The notes beneath the pieces are model-generated. The model did no database searches and was not told where the DNA came from. It saw nothing but the letters and a program-made list of their open reading frames with translations. This document shows positions 1 to 10,472 of a DNA stretch of 64,000 bases, one piece after another. Origin of the DNA: Corallochytrium limacisporum Hawaii (lineage: Eukaryota; Protista; Pluriformea); the NCBI GenBank assembly GCA_002811645.1, contig PDIP01000040.1:63123-127122 (forward strand), given 5' to 3'. How positions within the stretch are numbered: the first letter of the stretch is position 1; every line of letters begins with the position of its first letter. The translations under genes were made by a program, and so were the position numbers.

Positions 1-2280
1 TCACGTGTGGTTGGTTGGAAGGGCAACAGGCGACGATAGCGCGATCTGCGTGAAGAAGTCAGGGTAAAAGGATGAGCAGTGTAGGCCCTTGCCAACGCGT
101 ACATAGCCATCACATCGGATTTGGGATCCCGCCCGGGGGGTGGGGGGGGGTTCGTTTGTTTGCAAAGAGCAGCACCGCAGCACCAAAGAAAAACTACCAC
201 CGAGCGTAATGGGTCAACGGCCGCAACACGCAAACAAGGCTTTTTACCCTCAACACTCCAGCACCGCCCTAGTTTTCCTATGAAATAAACCACTCCCCTC
301 GCCGCAAACCCACCGGTGTTCCAGCTTTGTTCTCCCCTCATCCCCGCTCTCTCCGGTTTGTGTGGTCTATGTGTCTTCCCCAAACTCCATTCTCCTTCTC
401 TGTGTGTGTGTGTTGGGGGGGGTCCTGCCAGCGTCTTTATCATTCCGTAGATATATTACCACTACTATCTTTTCACCGGGTATGGTACCTTTTGCCAGGA
501 ACGATCGATTGACACCGTTTCATCTCCAGACGAAGAAAGGCAAAAACAAAAAGGGCAAAAAAAAATAGATTGCGTAGAGCAAAGCCCGGGCCGGGAGATA
601 AGGCCCTTGGGCCTACTGATCCAAAGAACGCACGTAATCTCCTTGCCCCACGCCAACGTCCCCCCCCCATATTTTTAGTAGCGGCTTATTTTGTGAGCTA
701 TAGCCCAGAGGTGCATACCGGAGCTGCGAATTGGAATTTAAGGGTTGCATTCTTGAACCGGCGACTGTTTGTTTTAGAAGGAAAATATAGGTCTAATACA
801 TAGGGTAAGGGCCTGTCCCTTAGTTTTTCCTTTTTGTGTTTTTTTTTCCTTTGGGGAGCGCGTTGTTTCACCACCCGTGTGGTTGGTTACGTTTCAGTGC
901 TGGCAATAAAACTACTGCTTCGCACACAACGCAAACACAAAAACAATCGACGAATGTATGAAATCGGTGATAGGTCCCAGGAGAGGCCGTCGGGGGTGGC
1001 CGCGAAGGGGAGGGTCCTGGAGAGAGGTGTAGCGGACCCCAACTCCAAAAAAAACAATCAAAAGGGGACCTCGAAGAAAAAAGAATGTACAAAACTAAAG
1101 AAAAAAAAACAAAAGGAAAATTAATGATCAGCATAGGGGGGTTACAGGCACAATGCTAGAAAGAAAAAAAGAAACACTGGGCGGTCATCGGTTCACTGCC
1201 CCGATGTGTGCAGAGAAAAAAGGGCCTGTTTTGCTTCGCACCAGCACCGGAGGAGAGCGAACTCGCAGGAATCCAGAGCGGGGTGTGTTCCAGCCCTTGC
1301 GGTAACCGGGTCATGGGGTGTGCTTCCTGTGGCATCCATCAGGAGAGAACGGAGCAAGGAGACTGCTGATCGAACTGCACGTCCTACGGTATTCTCAATC
1401 CGTACTAGTCATTGGCGGCCATTGTACCTCTTAGGAGAATCAGAGAATCCAACCGGTTCGGGTTGGCGTACCAGCATGTGAATTATTCTGCAAAGAAGAC
1501 AGTTCATGGCTGTCATTGGCCCCAGCCCTCCGCAACCAGTTCATAAGCAGGAGCTGTCGAGATCTCAGTTCCACCTGCCCTCGTCCATTTGACAGCGAAA
1601 TCGGGAACCCCCCCCTTTCCTCCCGCTCTTTCTTCACTCAGTTCAAAACCGTTTCATCCCCCCACACACACTTCTCCCATCGCTCCAGTACTACGACCTC
1701 GACAACCCGTCTCAGTGTCCGCCCACCCGCGCGGCTGGCCACATCATCATTCCATCTGTCACCCGGACGCGGGGACCATCTCGAGACTTGAAATTGGTTT
1801 CGGACCAACCAATTTTATTAGGCCCCCGATGGTGAAATGGGATGGCTGAACGGGAGTCTATTTTCATGACTCGTTCCGGGTTTGTGGTTGGATCGGTGGG
1901 TGGTCTCCCTCCTGCCCCTGTGTAACAAAACCATTGGCTTGCTGAGTACCACCAGCTACTGCGCAGGTCCCGCCCCCCCCCCTTCGGGCAGTTATAGCTT
2001 GCGGCAGAAGGGCCACAAAAAGGTTGGCGGTACTGAAACCACCGAGGTGGCCGCCTTCTGAAAGTACCAACGGTCCTACTGCACAACCACGGGCAACCGG
2101 AAAGGGCTGCTTTTTGGAGACGGAACCTTCTTCCGGGTACTTCAGGGAAAGCACAACGGTCCAGACTGTAACACACTTTACAGATGTTTATGTCGTGGCC
2201 GAGAGAGACTTGGCTTCTTATGATACTCACGACCCAATTAAGATAGGCCTCGTGAAGTGACAATGAATAGCTCACATCAG

Positions 2281-2396
2281 GTAGGATAGTGCACCAGGTG
2301 GTCAGTCATTTCTGGAAGGGGACAAAGATGACGCAGCGGGACCTGCGCCAGAAGAAGTCAAGTATTCCTTAAGCCAAGTAGCCAAATTCTTTTCAG
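2281..2396 (+). other. Candidate 5' UTR intron of the tafazzin gene
   Basis: cag|GTAGGA donor at 2281 and pyrimidine-rich aattcttttCAG acceptor ending 2396, 8 nt before the ATG at 2405. Confidence 0.45.
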
Positions 2397-2404
2397 ATTA
2401 AAGG

Positions 2405-3760
2405 ATGTTGAAGGAGTTTGCGAACGTGTTCAGGCATTCCCGTTACTTGCTGGCGTCCTGTATTGTGTTTGGCGGCATCTCCTTCGTGGCCTATGTGAAT
2501 CGACCACTGACGGACCGAGAATGGGATGCATATCTGCGACGACACCGGAAGCTGCGCATCTATCCCAACACGATGAACATGGACGATGGGTTCGATCTGA
2601 GTCCAATCCTGCTCTCTGATCTGCATAAAATCCCGGAACTATGGAAGGAATTGCTGAAGCCCAAGGACGATGAATATTCCCGCCGCTCAATCCCAGGCAT
2701 GGCCCAGCGCAAGATCCTCAATCCCATGAACCCGGCCATCGAATTTAATGAGCCCGATGAAAAGGGGAAGGGTATTCTAAGGGACGTGACCGACATGCAG
2801 CGAGTACTGAACAAGAAGCGATTCTACCGTATATACGATCTCGACGCCGAAACGATTGAACGGCACCAGGCGGATCAGACCTACGGTACACTGTGGCCTT
2901 TACAGATCCTTGCCACCTCGGTGGTCGTTCCAGTAGTCAGTCTAGCCATGCGTGCAGCTATTGTCCTGCGAAATGACTTCGAGGTCCACGGGCAGGACCG
3001 ACTGCGAGACGCTGTCCTAAATCGATCCGAAGGAAAAGCTCTGCTAACGTATTCGAACCATGTGTCAGTGCAAGACGACCCGGGCCTCATGTCATGCGTG
3101 ATCCCGGCCGATATTTTGATTAATCACCGCAAAATGCGGTGGGGTGGGTGTGCGGAAGAGATCTGCTTCAAGACATCAGCGCATTCGGCCTTCATGGGCA
3201 CTGGTAAGGTTATGCCCCTGCTGCGGGGTGCTGGTGTGATGCAAGGGTCCTTCACGCGACTGATCTTGCGGGCAAACCGTGGTGACTGGGTCCACATCTT
3301 TCCGGAAGGCCACGTACACCAAGTTAAGGGTATCGATCACATGCGCTGGGGGATTGGACGGCTGATCACGGAGACCAAGACAGAGAGCATGGTGCTGCCA
3401 ATCTATATCGACGGCATGCAGGACTGCCTGCCTGACGACCCGGAAACGCGGATCACCCGAAACACCATCCCGCTGGCGGGCAAGAAGGTGACCGTTGTGA
3501 TTGGTGAAGCAGTTCCGGTCGGTGACTTGCACTCGGAATATCAGCGGAAGCGGCGTGCGCAGGCCAGACAACATGCAGCGCACATGGATTCCCTCGACGA
3601 GGAGTACTTTAAACGTGCGACCGCAAGGGTGCAGGCAGTAATGGCAGAAATGGACCGCCGGTTCCGAGCGGGGCAGAGTCCGCAAGAAATCGCTCGCGCC
3701 GCCACGGACTTGGCAAAAGAGCACAAGTGGAGGACGGGTTCGGAGAACAAGTGGGCATGA
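2405..3760 (+). CDS. TAZ: Tafazzin (phospholipid transacylase, cardiolipin remodelling) with N-terminal extension
   Basis: 451-aa ORF; HxxxxD acyltransferase motif (SNHVSVQDDP), MRW..AEEICF, GDWVHIFPEG and RWGIGRLI segments characteristic of tafazzin. Confidence 0.9.
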   Translation: MLKEFANVFRHSRYLLASCIVFGGISFVAYVNRPLTDREWDAYLRRHRKLRIYPNTMNMDDGFDLSPILLSDLHKIPELWKELLKPKDDEYSRRSIPGMAQRKILNPMNPAIEFNEPDEKGKGILRDVTDMQRVLNKKRFYRIYDLDAETIERHQADQTYGTLWPLQILATSVVVPVVSLAMRAAIVLRNDFEVHGQDRLRDAVLNRSEGKALLTYSNHVSVQDDPGLMSCVIPADILINHRKMRWGGCAEEICFKTSAHSAFMGTGKVMPLLRGAGVMQGSFTRLILRANRGDWVHIFPEGHVHQVKGIDHMRWGIGRLITETKTESMVLPIYIDGMQDCLPDDPETRITRNTIPLAGKKVTVVIGEAVPVGDLHSEYQRKRRAQARQHAAHMDSLDEEYFKRATARVQAVMAEMDRRFRAGQSPQEIARAATDLAKEHKWRTGSENKWA

Positions 3761-3867
3761 ACATGTGGAAGCGAGCTTTGGACCCGTTCTGATGTCATAA
3801 TCAAAAAAAGTCCCACACAGAGGTCACGTGCTATGCACAATGTAGTCTATTTGAAATAAAAAGAAAT

Positions 3868-5229
3868 TTACGACAACCCTTTGATATTGAGCACTTGCTC
3901 CCACTGCTCCGGATTCATTGCCCGGCCCCAGGTGTCTGGCTGAGCTCGCATTTCAGCTAGGGCGAGGCGACAGTCCTCAGTCTCCGCGGCCCTCAGTGCC
4001 TCATTTCCGGGGTCGCCACCTTCGTCCCCATTGTCACGGTCCAGACGTTCCCACCGGTGCAGAACAATCGCAGCAAACTCGTTCAGTGACAATCCGGCTG
4101 CGTGACCTGCAAGTTTCGTACATTCCTGATAGAATTCGACCTCTGTGGCCATCAGTGATCGGATGTCCGTCAAACTGTCCACGGCGGCCAAGAACTCTGC
4201 ATGCAGGAGGTCCATAATCTGATCCAGGTTGGTCCCACAAAACCAGTTGTGATTTACGCTGATACAGTCTGTCAGGTTTAGGACTTCATGATACCATCCC
4301 GAGGGAATGAAAATAGTCTCTCCTGGTTCCTGCAGGACGGTGTACACCGTCAGTGGGTCCATACGGCTGTCCTCACGCCCCGTCTTTGTTGACCTATTCC
4401 GGAGGTTCCATCGCTGCGGTCGATCCGACACAAACTGTGACGGATTGATAACAATTTCACTAATCAGTTCCCGAGTGAGTAAAGTCCGGCTGTGTTCCCA
4501 CTCTGCGGCGACCGATGCGGACGCAGGCCCGACTACGAGCCATAGCTTCCTACCAAAGACATTTGCTGACCAACTGTAGGATCCCATGACGTCGTGGTGG
4601 AGTGGGGTTGACGTGCCTGCACGTCCAATATACACAAATCGGTAATCCGATCGGTGCTGGTCCTTCTGATCTTCACCATGGGCATGATGCAGTTGGTTCA
4701 CCAGATAATCGTTCATCCAGTCAAGTCCCAACGGTTCAGGCATGGCGTATTTCTCGCACTCTTCCGGCACTTCTGCAAACAGATGCCAGTCCTTCACGTA
4801 CAAATCCAGCGCTTCCTCGTTTAGGGACCCTGGGTTGACTCTAGTCCACCAATTTTTCAGAGTCATTGTCGACCTCTGGTGTGCTTTTGAGGTGTCTACA
4901 GTGCTAGTTGATGCTACCGCCACGGGCACAGATCGATTTCCAAAGTCACCGATCACCGCAGGGATGCCTTCCGTCCCCCATGTGTTGCGGTAGACCCATC
5001 TATCAGTGAAACCGGCGTCAAAGATGGCAGGCAGATTCCGCTCAAGGATCCGTTGACGAAATTCTGTTACCGCATCTTTGCCGAAATCGGACATATGGAA
5101 TCGTTCCACCCCGGAGAATGCGAGTGCAGCCTCTGCCCGTCGTTCGGCACGTACCCGCCGTGCTTCCTGAACGCAATCAGGCAGCAGATCATCATCTGCT
5201 GCTACTGCTGCTACCGATAGGACTCCCAT
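3868..5229 (-). CDS. JMJD4: JmjC-domain 2-oxoglutarate/Fe(II) oxygenase, JMJD4-like
   Basis: 453-aa ORF; LYVKDWHL, DWMN, DYRFVYIG..GTSTPLHHDVMGSYSWSANVFGRKLW, QEPGETIFIPSGWYHEVLNL..ISVNHNW match JMJD4 motifs. Confidence 0.9.
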   Translation of the reverse strand: MGVLSVAAVAADDDLLPDCVQEARRVRAERRAEAALAFSGVERFHMSDFGKDAVTEFRQRILERNLPAIFDAGFTDRWVYRNTWGTEGIPAVIGDFGNRSVPVAVASTSTVDTSKAHQRSTMTLKNWWTRVNPGSLNEEALDLYVKDWHLFAEVPEECEKYAMPEPLGLDWMNDYLVNQLHHAHGEDQKDQHRSDYRFVYIGRAGTSTPLHHDVMGSYSWSANVFGRKLWLVVGPASASVAAEWEHSRTLLTRELISEIVINPSQFVSDRPQRWNLRNRSTKTGREDSRMDPLTVYTVLQEPGETIFIPSGWYHEVLNLTDCISVNHNWFCGTNLDQIMDLLHAEFLAAVDSLTDIRSLMATEVEFYQECTKLAGHAAGLSLNEFAAIVLHRWERLDRDNGDEGGDPGNEALRAAETEDCRLALAEMRAQPDTWGRAMNPEQWEQVLNIKGLS

Positions 5230-5999
5230 TCTATCTCTTCCATGACGGTAAGAGACTTATCCTTCCATCAATCACTACTCCGTTTGTTCTCATCTGACCC
5301 GGCTGACCGCACCAACATAGGTGCGGTTCCAGAAGAACGAGTCTGTGGTAATCCAGTGACCTTGAACTAGGTTCCATATCTCCTCACTATGTACTATATG
5401 CACCAGCCATTCTGGTTCATGCGAGGATCAAAGTTCCAAAGTCAAGATTGCTACTTCATCCCAACCTTGTCACTACCTTCAGCACGAAAGTTGAGTGCAA
5501 ATCAAATCGGTTGACCCAATTGGGCAAGAGTTTGGTTGTGACCTGCCTCGGTGGGTCCCTGCAGTGGCCTGCGGACACTAACGACCAGAAAGGGCCGCCC
5601 TGGCCGCTTGCCGTTATCAGCACTGGGTTTCCATGGGCTCCCCTGCTACATACGGAAAATTCAAATAAATGCACTCATAGTACTAAAATTCATGCAATTC
5701 AACGACATATCAGATACGGACTATGAATAGAATGGGGTCTCGCTGGGGTCGCAGTAGGGGAGGTGGGTCTCCACTCCACACACATCGCACACGCCCTCCT
5801 TTCTCGGTGTGGGTCTCACGACATGGCTTGCTATTTTCGAAGTATTCACCAACGAATCGTGTACACCAGGCCGTCGACAATACGATTGATTCGTGACTGG
5901 TGTCATTGTCAAACCCCCAGGGTAGCATTATTGAAGTGCACCGATAGGGCAGGTTTTAGGAAAGAGGCAACCATGACATAAAAGGGCGAATTGATAGCC

Positions 6000-8372
6000 A
6001 TGGACGGCGAAAACCCAGACTCCACGGTACCATCGTCTCAGGACCACGGACAGCCTGTCTCAACAGGCCAGTACCAGCATCTACACCATGACCAGTCGCA
6101 GTCGACACAGGATGGCAAACCCGTAACCAGCACAGAGTCCACACCACGGCGATGGTGCCTTGAACAGGCGTGGAATGAAAAGGTGCGCATGCGTAATTCT
6201 GCTACGTATCTGAACTTCGGATCCACTATGCAAGAATACTCCACCGAAAATAATTCACACATTTTGTCGAAGCATGACATGGGACAGGTGAGTCACGGTA
6301 ATGCGGGAGGCGAGCTACATTTGATGGACAATCAACTACAGCAGCAGCATAAGGATTCAGACTTGCCACAGAGTAATGAAGAAACAGGGGAAGGTCTGTT
6401 GTCTAGTACCGCGTACGATTCAAGTAATTCGGGTATGGTACCACAGCAAGCGCCATTGCAGCACTTCAGAGGCATGACTACATCGCAGGTTATGTTACGA
6501 CAACTTTCCTTGAACAGCTTGAAGGACGAATTGAAAGCGCCGTCAATTCTAGATTTTGACAGCTTCCAACGTGAACATGAACTTGTGGAAGGTGACGAAG
6601 CCAACAACAAGCGTCCATCCCGCGTATTTGGTGCGGAGATCGACCTATTTGCAGATGAGGCAATGATGGCCACGGAGACCGATCTCTTTGCGGTTCATTC
6701 GGATGTCATGGAAGAGATGTTGAAGAAGGTACCAAAGCAATTTGCGTCTGAGGAAGCCTTGCTAGACACACGCACACCAACAAATGCAATGGCAGCGGGA
6801 CGGGGCTCCCGTCGGGCGCAAGAACTGCACCGACTGATGCATGATGGGGTGTTAACGATGCGTGTTCCATATGGAACTGTTATCGATGACCTCGACACAG
6901 TAGAGCGAGACTATGTGCTAGTCGCACCGGGCAAAGGCGTAGTCATGTCCTTCTCCATTGATGTAGTGGAGGATCAGGCACTGAACAGGAGCAAGAGATT
7001 TCCGATTGTCAACCCAATCAGGTATTCGGGGCGGAAAGGGAAGACCGCGGAAGCAAATCAAGATGAGAGCCAAGGAGATTGTGGACGAGAAACCCACTTG
7101 AAGCATTACAACATCACTCCTGCTTTGCTTAAAAGGTACCTTCTCTCCTTGATTCTCGCTTGCAGCGCCGAGGAACGGTCTGGTCAGAACCAGTTGTGCC
7201 TCCCGCCCTGCCCGCTGTGCAAGGAGGACCCTGCGGGCGAGACCACAGAGAATGGTGCTGTTGCAAAGAGCAAAAGCGCTCGCGTCACATCCGTACGGAA
7301 TGAGAAGGGCCGAGATAGACTTGTCGCGCATTTGGTGAACCGCCACGGTCTCTACATTGGTTCTGCAGATGGTTTTGTGCAGGTAGGCATGTTCGTGGAC
7401 TATCTAGGTGACGTGATCGGGGACCGCAAGTGCCTCTACTGTAGCAAGGCCTTTCAGGATGAACCGAAATGGAAGAACCACGTCCGCAAGAAGCACCACA
7501 TGCGTATAAATCCAGAGCATCGGCAGTATGACAAGTTCTATCTCAAGAGTTATGCGGATGCTGTTGTGCTACCAGTAAAGGATGAGAATCGCATCGCTCT
7601 GATCACGGGCACACAGAGCTCATCATCACGTGCTGCGCGACATGTGGACCGTAATCACAGCCCACCGTCTCGGCAGGTGGCGGCCGGTCGGCTGCGGTCT
7701 CCCATCGCCAAGGAAGATGAGCCGAAACATGTGGATCCGTCGCTTCCCGAACTTCGGCACCAAGGATACGAGGATGCCACCGACGATGAAGATGACTCTG
7801 ACGAGGACAACGATGACGATGACGCACAGGAAGATCCCTGGATGGTCTGGGACGATGACGGACTTGTGGACGACCCGTGCGAGTGTCTATTCTGCTGTAA
7901 GACTTTCCGCAGAGCACCTGAATGTGTTGATCACATGGCACGGGTGCATAACTTTGACCTCAGTAGCCTCCGCAGGAAGAAGGTCAAGCAGGTAGACAGC
8001 GATGGCAGGCCTTGCAGGGAGCACAGGGCAGAAAGGGGGACAAATGGCGACAATGACTGTAACGAAGTGACTACGACAGGTCTCCACACCTTCTATGACT
8101 GCGTAAAGTACATCAACTACATGCGCCATCTGGCTTCCATGCGTACATGTGCGTTTTGCAAGAAGACGCTGCCCACCGAGGCGGCGTGGGAGCAGCATAT
8201 TCGCGAGATGAAACATCAAGGATTGGCTGCCATGTTGGAGGGCAAGGAGGGGGATGATGGCGACACTCAGAACCGTAAACCACCTTGGCAGGATGATAAG
8301 TTTTTTATGCCGAGAAAACCAGTGGAGCCCTTGCTATCATGCATTCCGGACTTCAGCGGCGATGAGTCATGA
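6000..8372 (+). CDS. ZNF277: C2H2 zinc-finger protein, ZNF277-like, with long N-terminal extension
   Basis: First ATG at 6000; CLYC..F..WKNHVRKKHHMRINPEHRQYDKFY, CLFC..HMARVHNFDL, FYDCVKYINYMR and PPWQDDKFFMP follow the ZNF277 motif order. Confidence 0.8.
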   Translation: MDGENPDSTVPSSQDHGQPVSTGQYQHLHHDQSQSTQDGKPVTSTESTPRRWCLEQAWNEKVRMRNSATYLNFGSTMQEYSTENNSHILSKHDMGQVSHGNAGGELHLMDNQLQQQHKDSDLPQSNEETGEGLLSSTAYDSSNSGMVPQQAPLQHFRGMTTSQVMLRQLSLNSLKDELKAPSILDFDSFQREHELVEGDEANNKRPSRVFGAEIDLFADEAMMATETDLFAVHSDVMEEMLKKVPKQFASEEALLDTRTPTNAMAAGRGSRRAQELHRLMHDGVLTMRVPYGTVIDDLDTVERDYVLVAPGKGVVMSFSIDVVEDQALNRSKRFPIVNPIRYSGRKGKTAEANQDESQGDCGRETHLKHYNITPALLKRYLLSLILACSAEERSGQNQLCLPPCPLCKEDPAGETTENGAVAKSKSARVTSVRNEKGRDRLVAHLVNRHGLYIGSADGFVQVGMFVDYLGDVIGDRKCLYCSKAFQDEPKWKNHVRKKHHMRINPEHRQYDKFYLKSYADAVVLPVKDENRIALITGTQSSSSRAARHVDRNHSPPSRQVAAGRLRSPIAKEDEPKHVDPSLPELRHQGYEDATDDEDDSDEDNDDDDAQEDPWMVWDDDGLVDDPCECLFCCKTFRRAPECVDHMARVHNFDLSSLRRKKVKQVDSDGRPCREHRAERGTNGDNDCNEVTTTGLHTFYDCVKYINYMRHLASMRTCAFCKKTLPTEAAWEQHIREMKHQGLAAMLEGKEGDDGDTQNRKPPWQDDKFFMPRKPVEPLLSCIPDFSGDES

Positions 8373-8433
8373 CGCTGGCATCTCTTTCAGAATATTTGCT
8401 GATATCATACGAAACATTGTATTCGATTGATGG

Positions 8434-8640
8434 TCATCGGAAGTTGTCTAATTTGCTCAAATACATCAGAGCTTGGTCGAGTTCCTCTGCGTGCGCGGGC
8501 AGTACCGCTAAGCGGACCAGATGCGAAATCGATGACTCTAATAGTTCCACAGCCTCCAGTGCCTTTTTCACGTCATGATCTAGGCCTGCGTTGAAATCGG
8601 CAAGCTGCTCCTGAACTTCTCGCCTGCGGGCTTTGGCCAT
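8434..8640 (-). CDS. Short helical ORF, possibly the 3' part of a spliced or disrupted gene
   Basis: 68-aa amphipathic-helix-like sequence convergent with ZNF277 (61-nt gap); frame stays open to 8895 apart from one TGA at 8701-8703. Confidence 0.3.
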   Translation of the reverse strand: MAKARRREVQEQLADFNAGLDHDVKKALEAVELLESSISHLVRLAVLPAHAEELDQALMYLSKLDNFR

Positions 8641-9551
8641 ATCTTTGCGTACTTGGTTTTGCCCTTGCTCAACTTTCCTGGAAACTTGGTGATCACACCC
8701 TCAGCCCCTGAGCAATTTCTCTCTCTGTCGCCCTTCAAATGTCTGCATAGACGAACTCTCCGAGGAACACCAGCACTGCAGGAGAATCGCTTCGCCGTAC
8801 TTTGCCGCCCTTCCCGCACCACATTCGGCGGCATCTCCTTGCGCGATCACCTTCGAACATTCTGTGAGAAACTGTCCCGCATCCTCCTTCCGCAATTGGA
8901 AAATTTATATGGGATCCGTCATTTCTGTGATGGGGACCTTTCTATCGTATCCATCATTACACACGTCTTTGACGGGCGGCCATTAGCCTTACCTTACCTC
9001 CCTGCATGGTGGCGGTCGAGGTGGGTCTCCCAGGCCAGAACAGCCACTTTTTCGGCCCGTGTCCCTACGGACACCCGCCGTAAAGGGTCCGTTGCCTGGG
9101 ATGCCCAGCATTTTCATAGAATAGCCACCGTGCCCACCCAAGAAAATTAGGCCCCCATAAATCGTAAACGGGGAGTCATCGTGGAATTTTTCGCATTTCC
9201 ACAGTGTGGGTGGACACCCTTCTAAGGCGCCCCCTAAGTCAAAGTGAAAGCATCAAAAGTCCCCTACGGGCCCCGGGGGCGGGGGGGGAATGGCCTCAGA
9301 CAAATCAGGCCATCTGGTCCACAGATCTATACACAAGTTCGATCGGGGCCCGCGGAAAGAGGGGAGCCCCCTCTCCTGTACTGTATTCGCTGCGTAAACA
9401 CTTGGCAAAAACAGAATCCTCCGGATCGGACTTGGTCATTCTTCACCGCAGAACAGAAGGGACAAATACCACACACACGCAAGGGTATTTATGGTAGTGG
9501 CAAGACTTTGACTAATCTCTTGAAAGTCTATCGAAGTCAAAAGCGACCTCA

Positions 9552-10319
9552 ATGTTGCTGACCACTGTTTGTAAACAATTGCTCAAGATGCCAATGCCGT
9601 CCACTCAGAAAGCCATCCATCTGTACACTGCCTCTACCATGAATGGGTGGAAGCCGGTGATATTCCTCGAAGAGGCGGGTGTGGAGTATGATCTGACCTA
9701 CATTGATTTCTCCAAGAAGGAGCAGAAGGAGCCATGGTACACGAAAATGAACCCGAACGGTCGCATTCCAACAATTGTCGACCATGAGAAAGATGATTTC
9801 GTTGTCTTTGAGTCGGGTGCCATCCTATGGTACCTGGCAGAGAAGTACAACAAGTTTTTGCCTACAGATCCCAAGAAGCGATCCCAAGTCATGCAGTGGG
9901 TAATGTTCCAGATGGGTGGCGTCGGTCCTATGATGGGTCAGGCTATGTACTTCCAACGAATTGCTGCACCGAACGGCAACGATGATCCGTTTGCCATTAA
10001 GCGCTACGTTGACGAGAGCCGCCGACTCTTGGAGGTCCTGAACACACAGCTGGAAGGAAAGGACTATCTAATTGGTGATGAGTATACCATCGCTGACATG
10101 ATCACCTACCCGTGGGCACGCGCTTACTACTGGGCCAAAGTCTCTATCGATGGGCTGCCACATCTGAAGGGCTGGTTCGACCGTTTGGATGCCCGACCTG
10201 CCATCCAAAAAGCACTGACTATCCCTAAGGCAGTACCTGCCTTTTTCGGCGAAGGTGACGTCAAGAAGATAGTGGAGGAGAATGCGGCACGCTTCAGCCA
10301 TGATGTGAAGAAAGATTGA
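9552..10319 (+). CDS. Glutathione S-transferase, YfcG/YghU/Ure2-like class, bacterial-looking
   Basis: 255-aa ORF (alternative start 9588); LYT..TMNGWK, NPNGRIPTIVD, VFESGAILWYLAEK, QWVMFQMGGVGPMMGQA, TIADMITYPW motifs. Confidence 0.92.
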   Translation: MLLTTVCKQLLKMPMPSTQKAIHLYTASTMNGWKPVIFLEEAGVEYDLTYIDFSKKEQKEPWYTKMNPNGRIPTIVDHEKDDFVVFESGAILWYLAEKYNKFLPTDPKKRSQVMQWVMFQMGGVGPMMGQAMYFQRIAAPNGNDDPFAIKRYVDESRRLLEVLNTQLEGKDYLIGDEYTIADMITYPWARAYYWAKVSIDGLPHLKGWFDRLDARPAIQKALTIPKAVPAFFGEGDVKKIVEENAARFSHDVKKD

Positions 10320-10472
10320 AGGCCTCCAGCAAGAGTGGCTCGTCTGTCACGGTTTCAGAGTATTCGTCAAAGGAAACCCGCCCATCACGGTCGCGGTCCA
10401 TTTTTCTCATGATGATGTCGACGAAATCGTTAATGACCTCATAGGCGTCGTCCTCGCTTACCGAGCGGAGAC
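10294..10472 (-). pseudogene. Orphan terminal exon / fragment of calaxin (EFCAB1/CLXN-like EF-hand protein)
   Basis: EDDAYEVINDFVDIIMRKMDRDRDGRVSFDEYSETVTDEPLLLEAF resembles the calaxin C-terminal EF-hand (..DLVEITLKKMDHDHDGKLSF..LLLEAF); preceded by ccaCAG acceptor at 10473 and a TATAAC branch-like motif. Confidence 0.6.

Noticed and set aside
1340-1360. CAGG..AACGGAGCA resembling SRP RNA helix 8
   Set aside because: The closing stem around the loop does not pair and no Alu/helix 5 context is visible
1-2275. Many 60-190 aa ORFs in the first 2.3 kb (and in 20600-22500, 28500-30600, 49500-50900, 62400-64000)
   Set aside because: Low-complexity homopolymer-derived peptides with non-ATG starts and no recognisable domains
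5306-5327. 8-bp hairpin accgcacc-aacata-ggtgcggt in the JMJD4/ZNF277 divergent spacer
   Set aside because: Single short stem, expected by chance in 64 kb, with no supporting motif
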